DNA of 64,000 bases from Cyanophora paradoxa CCMP329 (lineage: Eukaryota > Plantae > Glaucophyta), in NCBI GenBank assembly GCA_004431415.1, contig QPMI01000151.1:1-64000 (forward strand), read 5' to 3'. The position numbers and the translations under genes were made by a program. The notes beneath the pieces are model-generated. The model worked only from the letters and a program-made list of their open reading frames with translations. It was not told the origin of the DNA and did no database searches. This document shows positions 50,959 to 64,000 of the stretch, one piece after another; within the stretch, counting starts at the first letter, position 1; each line of letters starts with the position of its first letter.

Positions 50959-51062
50959 GGGCTACCCCTACAAATTCCCGGCTTTAGCAGGCGGGAAATA
51001 TTTAGTAGATCGTCCAAAACCTTTTAGTACTATAAATATGCAGCCCACTAAATATTTCTAGT
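50959..51062. repeat. Dispersed AT-rich repeat, uninterrupted copy (second copy 52611-52897 is interrupted)
   Basis: GGG.CTACCCCT.CAAATTC.CGGCTTTAGCAGGC...ATATTTAGT.GATCG.CCAAAAC.TTTTAGTACTAT...AAATATGCAGC.CACTAAATATTTCTAG at both sites. Confidence 0.75.
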
Positions 51063-52665
51063 TCTACAGTATACGCGAACGCTGTAGTATAGTACTGTAG
51101 TAGTACTTAGTAGTAGTAGTAGTACTGTAGTAGTACTTAGTAGTACTGTACGCTACGAGTTATGGGCCTTAGGCGGAGTTTCCTGGGCCTGTGGAATTCG
51201 TCGTCTCGGCAATTCCGGGTTATCGTCTCGGCAATTCCGGTTTTTGTCGAATTCGGCAATTTAACTACCGTAGTACGCGGCAATTTAAGCATTCTTACAG
51301 TAGCAGCTATTAGCTATGCAGGCTACCAGTATAGCTACGTATACTGTCACATGTACAGTGTAAACGTACCGTTACGTACGACTCGGCGAATTGAATATCC
51401 GCCATGGCCAGCACTTTATTTCGCCAAAACACGAAAATCCTGGCGAAAATTAGTCCGCCAGCGTCTTGATTTCGCCACTGGGCCACCCCGCGACCCTCGC
51501 CATAGCCGACGCGTTGAACGAAGCTCCGCCGGCCGGGAGGCTACGTTAGCCTACGTATACGTTACCCTACGACGGGGCCTACGTATACTGCTCTGGTATG
51601 AACCGTATGATACGTAGCCTGGCAGGCGGGCCGCGGGCCGGGCCGTCGGCCTGTCGCCGGGCCGACGCCCCGGGCCGTCGACGTCGCCCGGCCGGCCCGT
51701 CGGCGGCTACCGTATACTGTAAACGTAAAAATTTTCGTCGGGACTTAATTTCGACAAAACCCGAAAGTCGTGACGAAAAGATGGTTCGCATATTTTCGTC
51801 AGCCCCAGGACTCCGCCATAGACGGGTCAGCCATTAGTACCCCTCTCCATTCAAACTTTCAGGCTTTCAGTTCAAGAGTATCAAATATTCGTCAAAGTGC
51901 AGGTCTGACGAATATTAATATAGACGAAATGAAGACGCTGTCGAAGATTCCTACGTTTACAGTACGTAGTTGTACGGTAGTACTATACTACTAGTACGTA
52001 CTACGTATACGCGGGAATCGCGGCGGGATCCGGATTCCGGAGCTTCCGAATCAAAGTTCCGATTGCAACTTCCGGATGATCGATTCATTCAATTGCAAGT
52101 TCCGCGAAGTTCCGCTGCGCATGCCGCATGCAGTGCGCCGGAGCTTCGAGCTGAAGCTTAAAAGCTTAATTAATTATAAGCTTATTTTTTCTTCCGCCGA
52201 ATTCGCGGGCCGCCGGAGTCGCGACCGCCGACCGGACGGCGGACACTGCCGGGACCGCGTCACGCACGGTGACGCACCGCGGCTGCCGCAGCCTGCCGGA
52301 GCTTCCGTAACGGCTTCGTCACGCTTTTTACCGGGAAATTGGGGGAATCCTTTTTTTTGCGAACTCGGGAATCCGTGAATTGATATCGGGCCCGGGGTCG
52401 GGACCGCCGGCCGGACAATCCGGCCCCCATTATCCGGGGTCCGGGCCCCGGGGAGTCCGGAGTCCGGATCGATATCGGACCGCGGCCTCGGATCCTATAT
52501 ATACCGTACTAACCGTAGTACTGTACGTAGGATTGCAATAATTGCCACTTTAGCAGCTGGTAAAACTTTGGTATGTCAATCTTGACAGGGCTTTTGTATG
52601 GCGAAGACGGGACTACCCCTTCAAATTCTCGGCTTTAGCAGGCGGCTAAATTCTCGGCTTTAGCA

Positions 52666-52828
52666 GGCCACATGTACAGCCTGTAAACACCAGCACTGCG
52701 GGGGCTGCCCAGGGGGCATATACAACAAAGAGAACGACTGAAATAAGAAAACTAAGGCAAGAGCACTATGGACAAAGACAAAGAGCCAAAATGGACAGCA
52801 GAGGAAGAGAGTCCGAGAAGAGACGACA
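52666..52828 (-). repeat. Fragment of the retroelement 3' terminal region inserted in a dispersed repeat
   Basis: The reverse complement aligns to ~18050-18222 (TTTTGGCTCTTTGTCTT...ATGCCCCCTGGGCAGCCCCCGCAGTGCTGGTGT). Confidence 0.85.
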
Positions 52829-53799
52829 TATTTAGTGGATCGCCCCAAAACTTTTAGTACTATATATATAAATATGCAGCACACTAAATATTTCTAGCTC
52901 TCTAGTATTTCTTAGCCAAGGGGGTAATACCGCGCGCGCTACCAAATTACTCCGTTATAAAAAATTTGAGCGCGGTAATTTGGCAGCGCGGTAGTGGGAA
53001 GTCAGCGAGGTATATACTGCAGTAAGCCGTACACGGTATCCTACCGGTACGGTAGTAAGGCGGCCCCGTCGCCGGGCCATAGGCCTCGAGCTCGCGCGCG
53101 CCGGCCCATGGCCCATGGGCCATGGCCGGCCATCGGCGCGGCAGGGCGACGTCGACCCGTCAGGTCCGTCACAACATTGACTCACAAATGGAATCCGGAA
53201 TGGCCTAGTGGTGGCGACTCTCACTGGCGAGTCACTGGCGACTCACTGGCAAAAGTAATTCACAAGTTCACTGCCGCGGGGGCGCCAGTGGCGAATCACC
53301 GTGGCACTGCCGCACTGGCGCCCGGCCGGCGAATCAACCGTTGAACTTCGGAACCTGAAGTTTATTTGGTTCGAATTCCTTGCAAGGCCCTGATCTGAGC
53401 TCGAGGACTCTGCAGAGTACGTGACTGTACCGTAGTATATATATACGTTCGACACTGTTCTCAGGACTCCGCAATATATATAAATATACAGCTGAAGTTT
53501 AGCTTAAGCTAAGTTGAAGTCCGACGGTCTGGGACTCATCAAGAGAGTCTTTCCGAACTTCTCGAACTTGCCAAAAAGTTGGGAGCAGCATCTAGATCTG
53601 AGTGCGTAGACATCCGACGGTCGCCGAGTCGGTGCCGCAGTGCGTCCACGCGTGCGCGTCGCCGCCGCAGCTAGGATGCGTACGCGTGTAGGCACTAGTA
53701 CTCCCTCAGGCCTACCGTACGCGTAGTACGCCTTCCGCATCCGCTGGCTCGCATGATCACTCCCTTCAGGGCTTCTGCTATATAGCTATCTTCAAACTG

Positions 53800-56700
53800 C
53801 TCCGTATAATACCTCGTGCTCATTAACAATATTAATGCCTGTGTGCTGCAGATCTATATCTAGATTGGGGGGACACATCCGGCGATCATGATCATGCATA
53901 CGGCCACGGCGAACCGCATACGCCCCGACCATGATCTGGTCATGGTCAGAGTGAAACTGGCCGTGTTCGTGATTGGCTTCGGTAAGCGGCCCGCTCTGGC
54001 CCGGCCCGCGGCCGCATTCGCGCAGAAGTGGGGAACTCGCCTAATCGATATCGCAACACACCCAGGCCTCTTCATGTCGATGATGCCGGCCGCGGCTTCT
54101 TCTTTCCCAGCAGACCCTGACTCCATCCCGCACGGATCATCGGCCTTCTGCGTGGGCTCAAATGGGACTTTGACTGGACTTACTGAACTCAGCCATGAAA
54201 TGGACGGTCAGTGCAATTGTATTTACGTATAGCCGATACTATATAGCTAATTATATAATTGCAAACACCCATTCAGGCCAAGGCACCAGCGCTCGCTTCT
54301 TGTCCATCCGTTCGCTCCATCACAGCGCTACTGATGGTACGAATTGAGAATCGATATATACATATCTAGAGTGATTTCTGTTTCGGATCCTAATCGAAGT
54401 GCATCAAGGTCACTTGTACGTCGGAGCAATCGCTGCCGTCCGAAAGGTGGACGCGACATGCACGAGCTCACCGATCGTCGGCAACAGCACGAGATCTAGT
54501 GCGCGATGCAGATCAGTTTCATTTCAGTTTCGATGCACAATTGTGTTGGAGCTCATGATTAATGCACTATCGAATTCGTGCAGTCGAGCTACTCATGCGC
54601 GCGCAACGTCGGTCCCGGAAGCTCCTTCAAAGCCCTCAGCTGCTTGTTCAAGTCAACAATTCGCTGCCAGCACTTGGGAGCACTCTGCCTGCGTTGCAGG
54701 CCATGCCGCTGTGCGTCGCTGTACCCGTATGCGTGTCCTGCTAACAATTTAAAAGGACTATTGTGTCCATGCTGCTGTTAACGCTAACAAAGGATCTGTT
54801 GTTTTCTTCTGCAGCGGCGTTTCCGGCATCGAGACTGCCGGAACCAAGCTGCTTATTTCTGTCAGCGGTCGCATAGTTGGGTGCGAATATTAATGTGCCC
54901 TGGCATCTGAGTGCACTCCTGCACAATACAATGTTCTGAATCGTGTGCACTTCCGCACAGTCCACCGGCGATCATGGTCTATGATTCGGCGGTTTCTCCT
55001 CCGGTTGTCAAGACGATTTTCCGGCGTGCGTTGCGATTTCTTGACGCTGTAAATCGCGATTGAATCGAATTGCATGCGCAGGGAGAGGGTTCTTTCAGAT
55101 CATTTTCGACGTGGAAGCCCAAGGCACTACGCCAGAAGAAGAAAAGGCGATTGTTCGCAGAGAGCCGTTGATTGACATGCCGCTCGGCATCGCCTATGCG
55201 GATCCCTATATCTACTTCCCTACATTCAGCCTCAACATTTCGTTTGTAGCGGCGCGTCGGCGTCACCTGCTGCAAGATCAGGACGCCTCAGAACTTCTGG
55301 ACCGAGCGCTGGCAGATCTTCTTGCGGAGATGGGGGCGTCTACCTCAGCCGGCTCGAGCTCGGGGCAGCGCTCTCCGTCGCGCCGGTCGCTACTCCAAGG
55401 GGGATTAGAAAGCCCTGCGCAATGGCGAGTCCTTCGTATCAAGGCCGATGGTTTGTAACTGCGCATGCTCACAATTACGTATACTGGTTTAAAAAATTTC
55501 TGCTGGCGCCAACATCGCTGCGCGTGCATCCGCGCGCTGCAGGCACAGAGACGGATGCAACGCCGATCTGGTCTCAGGTAAATTGATCTAAAATCGTCCA
55601 ATCAGTTGAAAAATATTCGATTTATTGATAATCGCTGCTTAGTTTGTCGAGAACCCTGAAATTGCTCTTCAAAATTTGATCGGAGCGGGGGGGCGCGCGG
55701 CGGTGGCCATCGACCAAGCCGGCACCAGCGCGCACCTGTACTTCGCTTTTTTGGGCACTCAGATCTACAAGGTTCCTGCATGCGCATACCTCTTGTCGAA
55801 TAGAATCTGTACTTATTGCCATCTGGGTCAGCTGGACGTCTCGAACCCTTCGAGCATCGGTCAGCCGGCAGTATTCAATACAAACGTCAACATCACAGGA
55901 ATCACCGACTTGACGCTTGTCAAGTACCCGTGCGCGCTCGGATCATTTCGCCATATTATACAGTTAACCGCAGCGTGACATTGCCGACTTCAATTTACCG
56001 AACGCATCACGGATGTAGGGAGGACCCCAGCTACTGGCGCTTGTTTGTCGCCGACGCCACAAATAAGACCATTTTCTCGCTGAACGCTCAGGCCGAAATC
56101 AACGTGACCGAGTCTTTCGCCGGCCCCCCAAGGTGCGAGCGTTCTTCAGCAGAGCTCGAGCTCTCTTCCAAACCATAATATTAATCAATCACTCGCAGCC
56201 CCGTGCCGTTTGAAAACCCATCCGTGATCGATGTGCCTGCATGGGGTTTGTGTCGATTAATATTTCAAACGATTACCAAATAAAATTATCTCATCTCTGA
56301 ATTTCGAAGCGCGTCTAAAATCACTAATTACGTGTACCGTGGCGCAGGCATCACCACCGTCGCAGGAGGTCGGTACCCCGCGTTCTACGCGGCCTGGAGC
56401 TCGAGTGGCGCCGGCGCACCCAAGCGAAGCCGGCGTCTGGCGCAGGGGCCCGACGCGATACTTGGGTTCACGAGTGGTGCGCGGCTTCGAGTTGAATATT
56501 AATATTATAATTAATGCTATTTCTGCTGACCATATGCATCTATGCTTACGCATATGTGCCGTCGCCCCCCAGCTGCCATCGTGATGGCCCACCACCGTGA
56601 GCAACCCCGGCCCATGGCCAGCTCATGATCATCGGCCCATTTCTAGATCTCGTGACCCACATTCGAATTCCTCACCATGGCACAGCTCACCACGTGATCG

Positions 56701-56819
56701 TCACTCCGACCCCGTCCCCCTCGCGTGAGCGCCGTTTGGCCGCCGGCGCCTTGATAAATAGGGAAGAATTCGAACTCAGCCCGCGAGCGTGCGCAGCGTC
56801 TCCGAGCCCAAGCCCGAGT

Positions 56820-56851
<32 letters not shown>

Positions 56852-58075
56852 CTCACGTGAGCGCCGCCCTGTTTGCTTGATTTCGAATCGATCGGGGATA
56901 CGGAATAACGCTCGCGCGCTTGGCTGACGCACATGCCATTATGTACAGCTTCGCCCTCCGAAATGCCGACCCCGAGCCCGACGGTCGCCCCGACGTCGAC
57001 ACCGCCCGCTGACCTTCCGCCGACGTCGACGCCTGCACCGACCCTCCCGCCGCCGACTCCCTCTCCGCTGGTGAAGAAATTCTTCTGATCATGAGCGTTA
57101 GAATTTACGTGCACAGGCTTAACGTCCGCTTTATATTGTCTGGAATGCGCAGCCTGTACCGGTCATCAACATTGTGCAAATCTCCATCAACGGCTTCACT
57201 TTCAACGTCACGGGAGCCACCGTCCAGGCGGACGGCAGCGTCAGGGTCGGGCCGTGCTGCTCACTCTGATCGAATATCGTTGGGAGCCCCGCCCACTCAT
57301 TCAGTGGGTTGTGCTCAGGTTATGCTCAGCAAGCCCGTCGTGACCGCTCCCACGGTGTGATCTGGCAGAGATTTCGATATAACAACCTCGTAATTACAAA
57401 CAACGTCGCTAAACTTGAAATGCTCCGCTCGCGCAGACCGGCACAAGCGGCTTCATCAGCATTTTCGGTGAGAACCTGCCCGTCGGCGAGCCCATCAAGA
57501 TCTACATTGAGGACCCCGACAACCCGTCGAACAGAATCGCCGCCATTCAGGCAATCCGTTCTGTGTAATTTACTACTTGCTTGCTTCAACTCACGCGCAC
57601 TTATTTCCAGCCGTCCATCGTGTCGACGAAAGAGATCCGCTTCAGGATCCCGCCGCTGAACTCGAACCGGGGCGGGAATTCGAACAGCCGCCAGCTGCGC
57701 TCGCGCCTTCTGCTGCAGCTCCTCGCCGGCAAGAACTACAACCTCCGCATCGAGAGCGACAGCAGCACGGGCACTCCTGCCTTCCGGAGCTTCGTCCTCG
57801 GAAACGTACGCTTTAAGCTCCAACCAAATACCATCATTCTAATTATATAATCCAACGTTCCTTTTGTACTCTTGCTGCAGGCGTTCGTGTACCAGCAGGA
57901 GACCGCGTCCGTTCCCTACTGGCCGAACGCTGCTGCTGCTGCTGCATCCTCAACCTCGACGGTGCGGGATATGCATGTAGATTCACAATCAAATAGTTTT
58001 TACTGCTGCTCGTCACTTAACGAAAGCTTGCTCGAGCTCACTGTCCATGGGGCGTCAACGCGCAGCTGTTCCTGA
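53800..58075 (+). CDS. Multi-exon cell-surface protein: RRHLLQ/RRSLLQ motifs, Ser/Pro stalk, IPT/TIG-like domain (both ends uncertain)
   Basis: ARRRHLLQ and SRRSLLQ (55060-55458); (SP)n at 56800-56855; SIFGENLPVGEPIKIYI...PSIVSTKEIRFRIPP; many short gt-ag introns. Confidence 0.65.
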
Positions 58076-58345
58076 TGGCGCTTGCGATTGCCAGCATGTG
58101 CATCATCGGAGCCGTTTGAGGCCTCTTTTCCTAAATAAAAACACGCGCGTAATGCAGTGACCTCATGATCACGATATTGATTCATCAATGTCGCGATCGA
58201 TATCGTCAGATAAATATGCTTTCGCATTTCGCTCTTTCTTTCGCTTATACATATATATCATAGTATGTTAAATAAGACGCCGACTTCGATTTCTTTTGTT
58301 CCGAGGTTGATGGACATTGCGCCTCCAGATAGCCTTCTGTAGATT

Positions 58346-58483
58346 CGGTTTTGGTGAATTACCGGCCACAGGCTGTAGACACCAGCACTGCGGGGGCTGC
58401 CCAGGCCTAGGGGGCAGGGGGCAACGTCAAAACAAAAAGCCAAAAACGACAATACTGATAAAAGAAGAAAGACGCAGAGACTC
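58346..58483 (-). repeat. 5'-truncated copy of the retroelement 3' terminus
   Basis: The reverse complement reads ...CTGGGCAGCCCCCGCAGTGCTGGTGTCTACAGCCTGTGGCCGGTAATTCACCAAAACCG, the same end as 18246. Confidence 0.9.
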
Positions 58484-58932
58484 TTAAGATCACATTGAGG
58501 TGTCTTAACGGTGCCCGGCCCCTAACGTCTGCGACGTGCGCGTGCGTACGACGGGTGCGTAATTCGTGGAGCTCTTCGAATTCTGCCCGTCGTTGTCGAC
58601 AGTGAAAGCAGAGGCGCTTGTTCAGAGAGGCGCTTGTTGGGAACCGGAATCGGGTTCGGCACCGACGGCACAAAACGGTTCACGTAGGAATCGTTCCGAA
58701 GTTCCTCGGGGGGAGGGGGGGGGGGGAGGGGGAGGGGAGGGGGGAGGGGGAGCGGGGGTCAGGGCAAGCGAGGTTGCGCACTGCGGCATGCGTGGGGGGG
58801 GATCTCGCGACCCGACCCCCGTATTTCATCGGTTGATTTAGGCACATCTGTTTAGATCCACTATGCCACATCGCCAAAATAACATCGATATCTACGATCT
58901 GCGCTACCTCGACAAGAAAACCCGCCCCGCCC

Positions 58933-61900
58933 CTACTTCTCGAAGCGCGCGAATGCCTCCAGCTCAGTTGCAACGGGCTTCGGCAGCGGTATCTGCGCAG
59001 GCGTAAGCAGAAGGGAAGGCGGCTCCAAAGGGGGAGGAGGCGGGGGGGAGGAGGCGGGGGGAGGAGGCGGGGGAGGAGGCGGGGGGGGGGGGGGAGGCCC
59101 GGGGGGGGGGGGGGACCTTGGAGATGTGCGGCCCGAACTCGGCGGCGATCTTGTACAGGCTCAGGTCCAGCTCTGGCATTGAGGGGGGTACGTCAGGGGC
59201 GGGGTCGAGTGGGGGGGAAGAGGCGGGGGTACGGGACGGCGGCACCCATGAGGAGGGCCTTGAGGTCGGCGGCGGGGGTACCCCCCTCGACGACCTGCTG
59301 CCGCAGCGCCGCTCCGGAGGCGGCCACCTGTAAAAAAAATAGAAAGGGCGTCAGGCGCCCACAAACAGAGCAAACTGAGCAGAAGCGGCGGGGCGGGGCG
59401 GGCCCGGGAAGCGTGGCCGTCGGCGGCCTGGCGGCAGGCCACGAGGCTCGAGATGACCTGCGGGCGGGGCGACCGGCCGTCCGGCCCGCGCCTTAGAAAG
59501 AAAGAAGGACCGAAGGGGCGGGGCAGGGGGCGCCTGGGGCAGGGAGCCGGCGTTCTGGAGGAGGCCGAGCTCGTCCTCGCGCCGCGAGGCAGCCGCCACG
59601 TTCGCCAGCGCTGCCGCCCGCCCCTCAGCAAGCGCCGCGCGGAGCGGGGCGCGGAAGGCACAGGCGGGTGCGGAGTCAAGGGTCTAGATTTTAGGGGGGG
59701 GTATGTGCGGGGTTTAAGAGGTCCTCATCCTAAACCTAAACCAAAAGAGGCAGCGCCAGCGGAGCTGGGCGGGGTGGGCGGTGCGGGGTGGTGGGGTGGG
59801 GTGTGGGGTGTGGGTGTGGGTGGGGGGGTCGGAAGAGAAGGGCGGGGCGGGGCGGGGCGGGGGGCGGAGATAAGGGTCGAGGGTCTACGAGAGGCGGCGC
59901 TGGCGGCGCTGGGCGGGGCGGGGCGCGGGAGGGCGGGGGCGTGGGAGGAGGAGGGTGCGGGAGGGGGCGCTGGGCAGGGGCGGGGCGCAGGAGAAGACAG
60001 GGGCGGGGGGGAGGGGCGCACTCTGCGCGGCCCACGAGACGAGCGGCCAGCGCGCCAGCGCCAGGCCGAGGCGCATCTGCAAGGCAGGGCAGGGCAGACT
60101 TGGGTGAGGACGAGGCCGGGGCGGGGCGGGAGGGGGGATGGGGTGGGGTGGGGGGTGGGGGGGGGGGGGGGGGGGGGGTGGGGGGTGTAGCTAAAGCTAG
60201 TACGGGACGGCGTTCAGGGACGGCGTTCAGCGTACGGGAGTAGGCGGGAAGCTAGTACGGGGGGGGGGGGGGGGGGGGGGGATCCAGGGCGGGGGACGGG
60301 GCGGGGCGGACGATCGCGGGACGGGGCCGGGCGAAGATTGAAGAGCATGATATGATTTCTGGAGGAGGATTCTAGAAGGAAGATCATGCAGAAGCTCAGA
60401 AAGCGAGCTTAGGATAGGGGTCGGGCGGGGCGGGGCGGGCGGGGCGGGGCGGGGCGGGCCGGGGCGGGGCGGGGCGGGGCGGGGCCAGGGCCTGCCTTGT
60501 GCGCAAACGCGTCGAAGGCCTCTCGCGGGCTGCGGAGCGCGCTTCCGGGTCCGGAGCCGCCCGCCGCCACCGCCGCAGCCTTCGCGCCCGGCGCCTTTGA
60601 CGGGGAGGTCGGGGCGATCCCCCCGCCCCCGCCGGCCGCGGCGCCGCAACAGCCGGCGCGGGCGCCGGGGCCGTCGCCGCCTGGGGCGCTGCGGTGCGGG
60701 GCGGGAGCGCGTCGGCGCGGCGCCCAAAGCTGCGCGGAGGGCCGCGCACGCTTCTCGGCGATGTCGCGCGCAAACGCGTCGACGATCGCAGTGCAGGAGC
60801 GAACGACGTGCCCCAGCGCCGCCCCAGTCGCGTCCCTGCGGCTCGTAAGGAAGGGGCGTGCGGGCCGGGCGGCGGGGCGGCGCCCACCGGAAGAGGGCGG
60901 CGCGGTGGGCGGGCCAGCGCGTGGCTGCGGCCCAGTGCTGCGTGGGCAGGCGGGCGGGGCGGGAGGGAGGGTAAGCCATCGCCCGCGTATCGCGGGCGGT
61001 CGAGGCCGGATCGGGCCCCTGGACGCGCCTGCAGGAGCAGGTGCAGCAGGACGGGGTGGTCGGTGGGGGGCGCGGCCCCGAGCAGCGCCGCCGCCGCCGC
61101 CGTCGCGGGACCCTCCACCGGGATCGGCTGCGTGCGGCGCAAGCGCGTGTGGGCGGGAGAGGCGTGAACCGGGCGGGGCGGAGATCGCACCTGCCCGCAG
61201 ATGGACTGGGCGACGCGGGCGCCGGCGAGCCAGGCGACGCGGCACCACGCGGCGGCGGCCACGAGTCCAACCGCGTCCGCCGCGGACGGGAGGAGCGAGG
61301 CCTGGGCAAGCCCCGCGACGCGGAGGGCGAGGTGGGCGAGGAGCGCGGCGAGGGCGGCCGCTGCGCCCTCCCGCGGGCCGTCCAGCAGGCTCTCGAGGTA
61401 CGCGGCCTTCACGCGGAAGTAGCGCGGCCGCTGAATACAGAAGCGAGCGCGTCGGGCCGGCGGTGAGCGGCGCGGCGCGGCGTGCAGCGGAGCGCGGCGA
61501 AGGCGCACCACGACGGACTGGAAGCGGAGGCGTAGCTCCTTCCGGCGGACGACGCGCGCCGCGAAGAGAAGAGCCATGAGGAGGCCGAGCAGGGCTGCCA
61601 GGTACGACGGGCGGCCCCCGCACAGCAGCCTGCCGGGCACCGTCGGGGCGCGGCGCCGCGCGGCGCGGCGCTGGGGCGGGAGGGGCGCACCCGAGCGCCT
61701 TGTGCGGGTGCGCGTGCCCATCGCAGGAGACGAGCCAGTCGTCGCCGGCGCCCAGGAGCACCAGAGTGCTCGCGCCCGAGGCGACAGTCGCCGCGAGGAA
61801 CGCCCCGTAGCCGACGTGCCAGCGGACCACGCGGGTGTCCGACCCGACTGCGCCGCGCGATTGGCGGGAGCCCCCGCGCCCAGGGAGCGATGCGCGGCAT

Positions 61901-62202
61901 ACCCGTCAGCAGGCGCGCGTAGGTGAAGATCGCCGCCGTGTGCAGCGCGGCGACCAGCACGAAGCGGAAGAACGTTAGCTGCAGCGCCCAGCCGAGGCCT
62001 GCGGGACCATCGGAGCGCAGTTAGACCGTGCACCGGCGTCAGGGCCACCCGCTCGCGCCGGCATGCGGCGAGTACATCGGGATGGCGCACCGACGAGCCC
62101 GAGGACGAGTCGCGAGGTCACGGCGTGCGCCGCGAGCGTGCAGAAGCCGAAGAACGCGGCGTTGAACGGCCGCAGGTCCACGCCGCGCCTTATTCGATCC
62201 AT
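58933..62202 (-). CDS. NDC1: Nucleoporin NDC1-like transmembrane protein, multi-exon
   Basis: Hydrophobic N-terminal half, then NDC1-like blocks recognised from memory of the family: DWG-HVVRSCTAIVDAF, NVAAASRREDELGLLQ...VISSLV, LSLYKIAAEFGPHI, ELEAFARFEK-stop (TAG at 58933-58935). Confidence 0.75.

Positions 62203-64000
<1,798 letters not shown>

Noticed and set aside
60227-62090. Long ORFs of 360-564 aa on both strands
   Set aside because: GC-rich read-through of introns and shadow frames of the spliced NDC1 gene. The same applies to most Arg/Pro/Gly-rich ORFs in the track.

Overview
Eukaryotic, GC-rich, intron-dense DNA, probably from an alga. A glaucophyte such as Cyanophora is a tentative guess, based on a Phe-containing N-terminal presequence on an organellar MetRS, frequent GC-AG introns and C-run introns. 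Bases 1-18246 are the 3' part of a very large Ty3/Gypsy-type retroelement. It has two Gag CCHC knuckles, ~11 kb of unrecognisable coding-like DNA, then protease, RT, RNase H and integrase. It ends in a structured terminus (...GGTAATTCACC(A)nCCG) that does not look like a normal LTR and recurs three more times in the window as short fragments. The rest holds intron-rich host genes: a MYND-finger protein, three Ser/Pro-stalk cell-surface genes plus an inverted partial pseudocopy, a hypothetical gene, a CYP51/CYP7-like P450 head-to-head with an F-box gene, and NDC1 head-to-head with an organellar MetRS. There is also a MITE and several repeats. The strongest unexplained signal is a recurrent 6-bp insertion of the form XYZ -> XYZ + revcomp(XYZ) + XYZ. 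It is seen directly by comparing duplicated sequences and may account for the palindrome-rich intergenic DNA. Exon boundaries were read by eye and are approximate.
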